Positions 1 to 6,501 of a DNA stretch of 40,095 nt are shown here, one piece after another. Position 1 is the stretch's first letter; each line of letters opens with the position of its first letter. Made by a program: the position numbers and the translations under genes. The DNA comes from a virus. The notes below the pieces were generated by a model. That model was given only the letters and a program-made list of their open reading frames with translations, was not told the DNA's origin and did no database searches. The stretch covers positions 1 through 40,095 of the IMG/VR virus record IMGVR_UViG_3300044274_000136. The stretch is one strand, 5' to 3'.

Positions 1-127
1 TTAGATTTAAAATAGCTGAACGCTACAATAAAAAGTGCATGGCTTACTGTGCTAAAAACGACTATTCTAATGCCTTAAAGGTTTGCAAAAAAGCAGTCAA
101 GGTATGCCCTAGTTATCCATACACGTA
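1..127. repeat. Terminal overlap identical to 39969-40095; the window is one closed circle of 39,968 bp
   Basis: First 127 nt (ttagatttaaaatagctgaacg...ttatccatacacgta) are repeated verbatim as the last 127 nt. Confidence 0.95.
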
Positions 128-482
128 CAATAATATTGCTGTTATTTTTCATAGCTTAGGAAAAAATGAACTAGCTATTAAGTACTACCTAGAGGCTATC
201 AGTTTAAAGCCTGATGATCCTAGTTTTCACTACAACCTAGGTATTGTCTATCAAGCAGAAAATGACGTTACTAATGCAATAAAAGCTTACCAGCATGCCC
301 TAAAATTAGACCCTAGTTTTATGTTAGCTTTTGGCAACCTTACTACTCTTTTACTTAAAAAACCACAATATCAGCAGGCTTTAGAAGGGTTTAGTGGTTT
401 ATTAGCATTGCAACCTGATGAAAATTATCAAAATATGGTTACCATTTTGCAGAAACTTATTGACAAGCAAGTCTTGCAATGA
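39..482 (+). CDS. TPR-repeat protein (TPR-1); true start probably upstream across the circle junction (ATG 39965 or 39950)
   Basis: TPR-like 34-aa repeats, e.g. AIKYYLEAISLKPDDPSFHYNLGIVY and AIKAYQHALKLDPSFMLAFGNL. The frame stays open back to 39941. The last codons (LIDKQVLQ) are encoded by promoter cassette a. Confidence 0.8.
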   Translation: MAYCAKNDYSNALKVCKKAVKVCPSYPYTYNNIAVIFHSLGKNELAIKYYLEAISLKPDDPSFHYNLGIVYQAENDVTNAIKAYQHALKLDPSFMLAFGNLTTLLLKKPQYQQALEGFSGLLALQPDENYQNMVTILQKLIDKQVLQ

Positions 483-488
483 TAAGGT
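460..488 (+). promoter_or_regulatory. Cassette a: TTGACA-17-TAAGGT promoter with palindrome GCAAG-T-CTTGC in the spacer
   Basis: TTGACA 460-465, palindrome 467-477, -10 at 483-488. A conserved leader aataggatataaaa precedes ATG 518. Confidence 0.6.
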
Positions 489-517
489 AAATCCACAAAT
501 AATAGGATATAAAAGTT

Positions 518-931
518 ATGACTGAAATTAAAAAAATAATGGAGCAAGTATACTTACAAGAAAAACACCAAGAGGCTATTCATTGTGGTGAAGCCTTATT
601 GTTATCTGGTTATGAAGCTGATGCAAATCTTTATTTTATGCTTGGCACTTCCTACTCACGGCTTGAACAATATGATAAAGCTATTAGCAATTTAGCAGAA
701 TCCATTAAGTTAAAACCTGATTATGCACAGGCACACCATAACCTTGGTGTTGCTTATGGTGAAAAAGGAGACTATGACAAAGCTGTAGAAGCTTATAACC
801 AAGCTATTAAGCTAGACCCTGATAAGGACTATGGGCACTATAACCTTCGTAATGCTTCTTATACTAAAGAATGGTATGTCAGAGCCATAGTTTGTAGTGA
901 GAAAGGCATTGAGGAGGGTGACAAATCATGA
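518..931 (+). CDS. TPR-repeat protein (TPR-2)
   Basis: AISNLAESIKLKPDYAQAHHNLGVAYGEKGDYDKAVEAYNQAIKLDPD is near-consensus TPR; no other domain is visible. Confidence 0.85.
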   Translation: MTEIKKIMEQVYLQEKHQEAIHCGEALLLSGYEADANLYFMLGTSYSRLEQYDKAISNLAESIKLKPDYAQAHHNLGVAYGEKGDYDKAVEAYNQAIKLDPDKDYGHYNLRNASYTKEWYVRAIVCSEKGIEEGDKS

Positions 932-1101
932 TGGAATTTATAATACCCTTCTCATTAGCATTAATCTTATGTTTTTTTTACACTGTCATTAACCATGAGG
1001 GGTTTTTGAGATATTTGAGCATAGCAACAATGGTTTTTATTGCCGTTGTTGATGTCACTCTTTACTATTCTATGATGGAGGCAAAGAATGCAACTATCTA
1101 G
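928..1101 (+). CDS. Small two-TM membrane protein, 57 aa (below the track cutoff)
   Basis: Hand translation MMEFIIPFSLALILCFFYTVINHEGFLRYLSIATMVFIAVVDVTLYYSMMEAKNATI. Strong SD GAGGAGGG at 911-918; ATGA overlap with the TPR-2 stop. Confidence 0.5.
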   Translation: MMEFIIPFSLALILCFFYTVINHEGFLRYLSIATMVFIAVVDVTLYYSMMEAKNATI

Positions 1102-1228
1102 TACAATTCATTTGATATTACTAGCAGTAGTCTTGTTATTTATCGTAGCTATTGCTGGTGATATTGACACTAAGGAGCAAGCAGACAGGGGGGTGTTATG
1201 GAAGCAAAGGGGGCTTTTACATGGCTAG
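1088..1228 (+). CDS. Small exported/membrane peptide, 46 aa (below the track cutoff)
   Basis: MQLSSTIHLILLAVVLLFIVAIAGDIDTKEQADRGVLWKQRGLLHG: hydrophobic N-terminus plus a hydrophilic tail. SD GGAGG at 1077-1081; overlaps both neighbouring genes. Confidence 0.45.
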   Translation: MQLSSTIHLILLAVVLLFIVAIAGDIDTKEQADRGVLWKQRGLLHG

Positions 1229-1568
1229 AATTACTCAAGAAATGGTCTTGCAAACTGCTAACGATTTATTTGTTGAGCATGGTAGAAAAATTAAGCGTAA
1301 GGAGCTAACAGAAGTTCTTAATTGCAGTTGGTCTGCCATTGATCAAATCTTTGAAACTCGAGAGCCTTTGTATAAATATGTAGAAACCCCCCAAGAGGTG
1401 CAGGAGCGTCATAAGAGGGATAAGGTGGGTGCATACAGGGTTGATCCTAATAGAGGTCACCCAAAAGTTTACAAAAAAGATGGTGGGTATATTGCAGTGG
1501 GGCGAGAAATACCACCTGAATTATTAGAACGTGCAAAACAATTAAAAGAAAGGTATAATTTAAGATAA
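1221..1568 (+). CDS. Hypothetical protein with HTH-like N-terminal domain (paralog family 1 of 3)
   Basis: Start moved to ATG 1221 (SD AAAGGGGG upstream). The N-terminus ITQEMVLQTANDLFVEHGRKIKRKELTEVLNC aligns with the 1593 and 31269 proteins. Confidence 0.6.
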   Translation: MARITQEMVLQTANDLFVEHGRKIKRKELTEVLNCSWSAIDQIFETREPLYKYVETPQEVQERHKRDKVGAYRVDPNRGHPKVYKKDGGYIAVGREIPPELLERAKQLKERYNLR

Positions 1569-1592
1569 TTTTGTTTGGAGAATAATAATAAT

Positions 1593-2171
1593 ATGAGAAC
1601 AATATTGACAGGTCAAGAGATCTACCAGCAAGCGGAAAAGCTTTTTAATGAGAGTAATAAACCTATTACTAAGCAACAGTTGGCAGAGGCTCTTAATTGT
1701 CATTATAGAGTATTAGACAGGTGGCTAAACTCTGGGCATGTTGACAAAGGGATTGAGGTTTTTTTTGAGAAAAGCAGGCGTAAAAGAGTAAGAAAAAACC
1801 TGCTGGTACGAGAAAAAAAGGTTGTTGATATTATTTTAAATTCTGCAAAAAAGTTATCAGATAATGGAAAAAGAAGGGTTACTCAAGTGGACATAGTTAA
1901 TAATACGGAATTGAGCAGATTTATTGTAACAAAATATGTTGCAGGTGGCAAAATGCCAGATGAGTTTTTTGATTACATAGAACTTAACCGCCTTAAGGTA
2001 AATCATGGAAAAAGGAACACTGGCAAAAATGATACTATTGAAGTTTGGAATCCTGACATGAGCAAATATTTAACACAGCATCAAATTGATAGCTTAAGGC
2101 AACATAGCACTACTAAGCAATCAGTTGATCAATTAACCAATTTTAGAAAGGTAGATTATGATAGAGTATGA
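1593..2171 (+). CDS. Hypothetical protein with HTH-like N-terminal domain (paralog family 2 of 3)
   Basis: LTGQEIYQQAEKLFNESNKPITKQQLAEALNCHYRVLDRWL resembles the 1221 protein. ATG 1593 follows GGAG at 1577-1580. Confidence 0.6.
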   Translation: MRTILTGQEIYQQAEKLFNESNKPITKQQLAEALNCHYRVLDRWLNSGHVDKGIEVFFEKSRRKRVRKNLLVREKKVVDIILNSAKKLSDNGKRRVTQVDIVNNTELSRFIVTKYVAGGKMPDEFFDYIELNRLKVNHGKRNTGKNDTIEVWNPDMSKYLTQHQIDSLRQHSTTKQSVDQLTNFRKVDYDRV

Positions 2172-2337
2172 TATACAGCAAGCCGTAAATGAGGCTTATT
2201 TTGCTAATGATCATAGAGAGATAATGCAAAACGTTAGTAATGATAACACCAAGTTACTGGAAGTAGAAGTCGAAGATAACGTTAATAATGATGATAATAA
2301 TAAAAATATAAGAAAAGACCCAACCTATGGAATATAA
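2158..2337 (+). CDS. Small acidic protein, 59 aa (below the track cutoff)
   Basis: MIEYDIQQAVNEAYFANDHREIMQNVSNDNTKLLEVEVEDNVNNDDNNKNIRKDPTYGI. SD AAAGG lies 6 nt upstream; it bridges the two flanking genes by overlaps. Confidence 0.35.
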   Translation: MIEYDIQQAVNEAYFANDHREIMQNVSNDNTKLLEVEVEDNVNNDDNNKNIRKDPTYGI

Positions 2338-3058
2338 TATCCCGCAATTAATATTAGAGAGGCTTAGAGAAGAAAGGGCAAAGTCTCCTAGTAAGAAACG
2401 CAAGGTAGCTTGTGTGATATATTGCCAACAAAAAGACATTATATGTGCTGGTCACAATCAGCGAATAACAGAAAGCCTTACACTTAGCCAGCCCAATTTT
2501 ATCAAGCAATGGTACGCTGAAACTAAAAAGAGAGCGACTTCGTATGATAAAGAGGATTTTGTCCACGCTGAAACGATGGCATGTTATAATTCTTATCGTA
2601 GGAAATTGGGGGTTGAAGATTATCATTATATTAGAAACATCAAAAAAGCGGTAAAAGTTTATGTAACACACAAGCCTTGTGAAGTTTGCGAAAAATATCT
2701 AAATGAGTTTTTTAATGAGCCTATTATCAAAGTTGTTGATTTAGATAAAAAAAAGGCATTCATAAAGCATGATGATGATAAAACCCAATATCAGCATTTA
2801 AGTCCTAAGTTCATTGAAGAGATGGCAGAGATTACCACACAGGGGGCTAAAAAATACGGTGGGGGTAACTACCTGAAAGGTGATGAGCAGGCTCTGATGC
2901 GTCTTTATGACGCCCTCATGAGGCATTTGCAAGCATGGCGTATGGGTGAAGAAGTAGACACTGAAAGTGGGAAGTCTCATTTATCCCATGTTGGTTGTAA
3001 TGCTATGATGATTTATGCGTTGGAGCATAAGCTGAAATTGACTGGTGAAAAAGCGTAA
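2327..3058 (+). CDS. Fusion: dCMP/cytidine deaminase-like zinc domain (N) plus DUF5664-like domain (C; family annotated dATP/dGTP diphosphohydrolase N-terminal)
   Basis: N half: KRKVACVIY..AGHNQ, HAE (VHAETMA), PCxxC (KPCEVCEKYL). C half: KKYGGGNYLKGDEQALMRLYDALMRHLQAWRMGEEVDTESGKSHLSHVGCNAMMIYALE. Confidence 0.7.
   Translation: MEYNIPQLILERLREERAKSPSKKRKVACVIYCQQKDIICAGHNQRITESLTLSQPNFIKQWYAETKKRATSYDKEDFVHAETMACYNSYRRKLGVEDYHYIRNIKKAVKVYVTHKPCEVCEKYLNEFFNEPIIKVVDLDKKKAFIKHDDDKTQYQHLSPKFIEEMAEITTQGAKKYGGGNYLKGDEQALMRLYDALMRHLQAWRMGEEVDTESGKSHLSHVGCNAMMIYALEHKLKLTGEKA
3034..3053 (+). repeat. Direct repeat, left copy (AAATTGACTGGTGAAAAAGC), flanking an 868-bp gene cassette
   Basis: 19/20 identical to 3902-3921; encodes the C-terminus KLTGEKA of the deaminase fusion. 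Confidence 0.8.
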
Positions 3059-3076
3059 AGTAATATCAAAAACTTA

Positions 3077-3105
3077 TTGACAAGCAAGTCTTGCTATGTT
3101 AGGTT
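3077..3105 (+). promoter_or_regulatory. Cassette b: TTGACA-17-TAGGTT with palindrome AGCAAG-T-CTTGCT
   Basis: The 22-nt core cttattgacaagcaagtcttgc is identical in cassettes a, b and c; the leader aacaataggatataaa precedes ATG 3131. Confidence 0.6.
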
Positions 3106-3130
3106 AAAGTAACAAACAATAGGATATAAA

Positions 3131-3616
3131 ATGATTGCTTTAAATGTTGAAAAAATTACTAATGTTTTAGAAAAAGCTGGCTTACGTTACTTTGTTAAAA
3201 CGGCTAATACTGGTACTAATTATATTAATATACCATCATTTGATGTGGTGGTAAGGGTTGCCGATCATAGCGATGCTTATTGTACTAGTGATATTTCGAT
3301 CAGTCCGCTTGATGATAACTACACTGATTTTTTAGAGTTTATGGTGCGTAAAATCGCTGATTATAATGATGATGGTATGTATCAAAACGAGCTAGACATA
3401 TTTACTAAAAGATATAACGCTAGTAAATCTGCCAGAGAAAGGGCTGTTAATGCTAAAATTAAGGCAAGAGATGAGCTTATACAGAAGGCTAAAATTGAAA
3501 AGCAGAGATTGGAAGATCAGGCTAAATGGATTGAGGAAAATTATCCTGATTACTCTACTTTGTCTAAAAGACAAAAAAAATCAATAAGACAAAAATATAA
3601 CAAATCAATGAGATAA
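3131..3616 (+). CDS. Hypothetical protein with Lys/Glu-rich C-terminal helix
   Basis: ORF behind cassette b; no family recognised (motif VRVADHSDAY noted). Confidence 0.6.
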   Translation: MIALNVEKITNVLEKAGLRYFVKTANTGTNYINIPSFDVVVRVADHSDAYCTSDISISPLDDNYTDFLEFMVRKIADYNDDGMYQNELDIFTKRYNASKSARERAVNAKIKARDELIQKAKIEKQRLEDQAKWIEENYPDYSTLSKRQKKSIRQKYNKSMR

Positions 3617-3619
3617 ATT

Positions 3620-3901
3620 ATGACTGAAATTCAAAAACTAAAAGAAGCTGAGGAGTATTACAACCTTGGTAATACTTATCGTACAAAAGGAGATTATGAC
3701 AGAGCTATAGAAGCTTATAAGGAAGCCATTAAATTAGATCCTGATGATGCCAAGGCACACCACGTCCTTGGTGTTACTTATCATATTAAAGAAGAAAATG
3801 CACACTATAACTATGACAAAGCTATAGAAGCATATAAGGAAGCCATTAAATTAGATCCTGATTATGTCAATGCACACTATAACCTTGATAAGTTAAATTA
3901 A
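3620..3901 (+). CDS. TPR-repeat protein (TPR-3), paralog of TPR-2
   Basis: KGDYDRAIEAYKEAIKLDPDDAKAHHVLGVTY and KAIEAYKEAIKLDPDYVNAHYNL. It shares the ATGACTGAAATT start with TPR-2. Confidence 0.85.
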   Translation: MTEIQKLKEAEEYYNLGNTYRTKGDYDRAIEAYKEAIKLDPDDAKAHHVLGVTYHIKEENAHYNYDKAIEAYKEAIKLDPDYVNAHYNLDKLN

Positions 3902-3921
3902 CAAATTAACTGGTGAAAAAG
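3902..3921 (+). repeat. Direct repeat, right copy (AAATTAACTGGTGAAAAAGC)
   Basis: 19/20 identical to 3034-3053; non-coding here, immediately after the TPR-3 stop. Confidence 0.8.
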
Positions 3922-4014
3922 CTAAGGCCACATAAATGCGACCTCGAATACTTCTTTTACTCTAGGTAAATAAGGTAATATTATTATAATGTGTCAGATT
4001 TTTAATAAGCCCTT

Positions 4015-4043
4015 TTACGCAACACACAGTAAAATGGTATATA
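4015..4043 (+). promoter_or_regulatory. Promoter-like element upstream of the baseplate operon (TTACGC-17-TGgTATAAT)
   Basis: Extended -10 TGGTATAAT at 4035-4043. It shares the AGTAAAAT(G/A)GTATATA block with the element at 4080-4108. Confidence 0.4.
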
Positions 4044-4079
4044 ATACTTAAGTATATCATAATTATTAATTGGTGTCTA

Positions 4080-4108
4080 TACACAACACTAGTAAAATAG
4101 TATATACT
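4080..4108 (+). promoter_or_regulatory. Second promoter-like copy (TACACA-17-TATACT), placed so transcription would start at or next to ATG 4115
   Basis: -10 TATACT at 4103-4108 ends 6 nt before ATG 4115; no SD lies between them. Confidence 0.35.
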
Positions 4109-4114
4109 GTTTAC

Positions 4115-4441
4115 ATGCTAAGCATAAACGTAGCAAAACACCCATTCCAGACCTTTAGCGTTACTGTTAATGGTAACCAAAGGCTTGATTTTACGCTAAA
4201 ACATATATCTTCTATGGGGTATTGGTTGGCTAATTTATCGACCAATGACGTTAGCATTAATGGCATAAGGCTAGTACTGGCAGATAACATTTATTCACAG
4301 TTTATTAACAAGATCAATTGTGGTTTACAGATTGCATCACGCTATAGCGTTGACCCTAGCCTTATTGATGATTTTTCAAGTGGTAGGTATGAATTTAACG
4401 TACTAGATCAAAACGAGGCAAAACAAGCGTTAAATGTTTAA
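4115..4441 (+). CDS. Baseplate-module protein, function unknown
   Basis: First ATG of the track ORF 4070-4441; overlaps the next baseplate gene (ATGTTTAA junction). Confidence 0.55.
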   Translation: MLSINVAKHPFQTFSVTVNGNQRLDFTLKHISSMGYWLANLSTNDVSINGIRLVLADNIYSQFINKINCGLQIASRYSVDPSLIDDFSSGRYEFNVLDQNEAKQALNV

Positions 4442-5294
4442 TTTAGAATATCAATTAATCATAACGTTGCCAGAGGGGGAACAAATAATAATCCCCACAG
4501 AATTTACTTGCACGTTTAGTATCTCAAGGCAGAACATGTCCTCAAGTGCTAACAATGCAACCTTTAGTGTTTATAATCTTAACCCCAGTAATCGTAATAA
4601 GATATTTAAAGATGCATATAACCCTAGTAGATACATTAGGCTAGAGTTTTTTGCAGGATATTCTGGACAAATCAGCTCGATTTACAAGGGTTCAATTGTT
4701 CAAGCCCAAACCAAGCCGTCGGGTAATGACAATGTTTTAGAAATTGAATCACAAGACGGCATGTTTGATAGTATTACTACTCAAAGCAACGTTTCTTTTC
4801 CTGCGGGAACGTCAAGAAAAGAGGTGGCGGAAAAGTTAGTAGGGGATTTTCCTAATGTAGAGATGGGCGGTGCTGGTAAGAGCCTTAATGGTACATATAA
4901 ACGCCCGTATGTTACTGAAGGCAATACTTATGACGCTTTAAAAAACGTATGTAATGCAAATTTATACATTGATGGGGAAACAATACATTTCTTGGCAGAT
5001 GATGAGGCTTTAAGGGCTGGTGCTACTGTTATCAGTTCAGAAACTGGCTTGGCAAGTAGTGTTGTTAAACAAGATACAACATTAAAAATAGAAACAAAAA
5101 TTTTAACATTGGGGGCAACAGTAGGTTCAATGATTGAATTAATATCAACAAGAAACCCAATATATAATGGTCAATATAAGGTCGTTGGAGTAGAGCATAA
5201 CGGTACTATTAGTGAAGGTGTAAATAGTGCCACAAATAGCTTGATAACTGTTTTAGACACCAATACTCGCTTTGGAGCAACTGAATTAGTATGA
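4434..5294 (+). CDS. Putative baseplate hub protein (reduced gpD/Mu gp44/XkdQ-like)
   Basis: Lies immediately upstream of the spike gene. The pattern ATFSVYNLNPSNRNKIF..IRLEFFAGYSGQISSIYKGSI is typical of such hub proteins. Confidence 0.55.
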   Translation: MFNLEYQLIITLPEGEQIIIPTEFTCTFSISRQNMSSSANNATFSVYNLNPSNRNKIFKDAYNPSRYIRLEFFAGYSGQISSIYKGSIVQAQTKPSGNDNVLEIESQDGMFDSITTQSNVSFPAGTSRKEVAEKLVGDFPNVEMGGAGKSLNGTYKRPYVTEGNTYDALKNVCNANLYIDGETIHFLADDEALRAGATVISSETGLASSVVKQDTTLKIETKILTLGATVGSMIELISTRNPIYNGQYKVVGVEHNGTISEGVNSATNSLITVLDTNTRFGATELV

Positions 5295-6043
5295 GTGTTA
5301 AAGAGATTGTTCAACCAGACTTGTCTACTATCTGTGCAATGGTGGTAGATGATGCTTTATCTCGTTTAAATAAGATAAGTGTTGGTCGAATTGAAAGCTT
5401 TGACCCATTAACGCAAGTGGCAAGCGTCACCTTAATGATAAAAAAAGTGCTAAAGGATAATGACGATGGTTCAACAACCATAGTTGATCGACCTTTACTG
5501 CCTCATTGTTTGCCATACATGCAATATGGTGGTGATGCTTATATAACTTTTCCTATTTCGGTAGGTGATTTTTGTTTAGTGCATTTTAACGATCGGGAGC
5601 TAGACAACTGGTATATTACAGGAAAGCCACAAGCTCCTGATACCAATAGAAAGCACCATATCGCTGATGGTTTTTATTCTGTTGGCGTTCGATCATCAAA
5701 AAATGTGATAGAAAACTATTCTCAAAATAGCATTCAATTAAAATATTTGCAAAGCCAGATAGATATTTTGCAAAACAAGGTTGAGGTGTTAACAACCATG
5801 GTGGAAATAAACGCCACTAAAACTGTTTGCAATAGTGATGTTGAAATAAACGGAGAAGTTGAGATAAACGGCAACGTATTGATAAATGGTAACGCCCTTG
5901 CTAATACATATGCTAGTAATGATGGCAGTATGTCAATCAGTGGTGGTAGGTTGACAGTAACCAACGCCACAATAGCTAGTATTGATTTTGCTACTCATAC
6001 GCATAGCAACCCTGAGGGGGGGAACACAGGAGTGCCGCAATGA
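5291..6043 (+). CDS. Baseplate central spike (gpV / Mu gp45-like)
   Basis: N-terminal GRIESFDP..VASV OB-like region, beta-helix repeats VEINGEVEINGNVLINGNA, and a C-terminal apex motif THTHSNPEGG. Confidence 0.8.
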   Translation: MSVKEIVQPDLSTICAMVVDDALSRLNKISVGRIESFDPLTQVASVTLMIKKVLKDNDDGSTTIVDRPLLPHCLPYMQYGGDAYITFPISVGDFCLVHFNDRELDNWYITGKPQAPDTNRKHHIADGFYSVGVRSSKNVIENYSQNSIQLKYLQSQIDILQNKVEVLTTMVEINATKTVCNSDVEINGEVEINGNVLINGNALANTYASNDGSMSISGGRLTVTNATIASIDFATHTHSNPEGGNTGVPQ

Positions 6044-6501
6044 TTATTAGAGGTTTAGACAGCAATGGTGAGTGGCTTTTTGGTAAGGGTGTGCAGGATT
6101 ATGCACGTAATAAAAAAGCTATTGTTTTAAATGTTAAAACTAGGTTAAAATCATGGGTTAATGATTGTTTTTTTGATCAGGAAGCTGGTATTGATTGGGG
6201 CAATAGGCTAGGCAATAATGGGCAGAGGGAGTTTTTAGAAACTGATATTCAAAACGTGATTGTTAATAGTTTTGGTGTCACTGGTATATCTGATTTCAAT
6301 AGTAATTTAGATGACAGAAAGTTAACAGTCAATTATACTATTACTACTATTGATGGCGATGTGCTAGATAGTTTAGGAATTTTTGATGAAAAAGAAATAA
6401 CAGCGGGTGTTATAGTAGCTGGTGATGCCTTTACAAATAGCTGGGAAGCCACTATCATCAGTAACGATAATAATACAAATTATATATATAGCGGTGAGTA
6501 A
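6040..6501 (+). CDS. Putative baseplate wedge protein (gpW/gp25 position)
   Basis: Position between spike and J-like genes; overlapping start and stop codons; weak motif support only. Confidence 0.45.
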   Translation: MIIRGLDSNGEWLFGKGVQDYARNKKAIVLNVKTRLKSWVNDCFFDQEAGIDWGNRLGNNGQREFLETDIQNVIVNSFGVTGISDFNSNLDDRKLTVNYTITTIDGDVLDSLGIFDEKEITAGVIVAGDAFTNSWEATIISNDNNTNYIYSGE

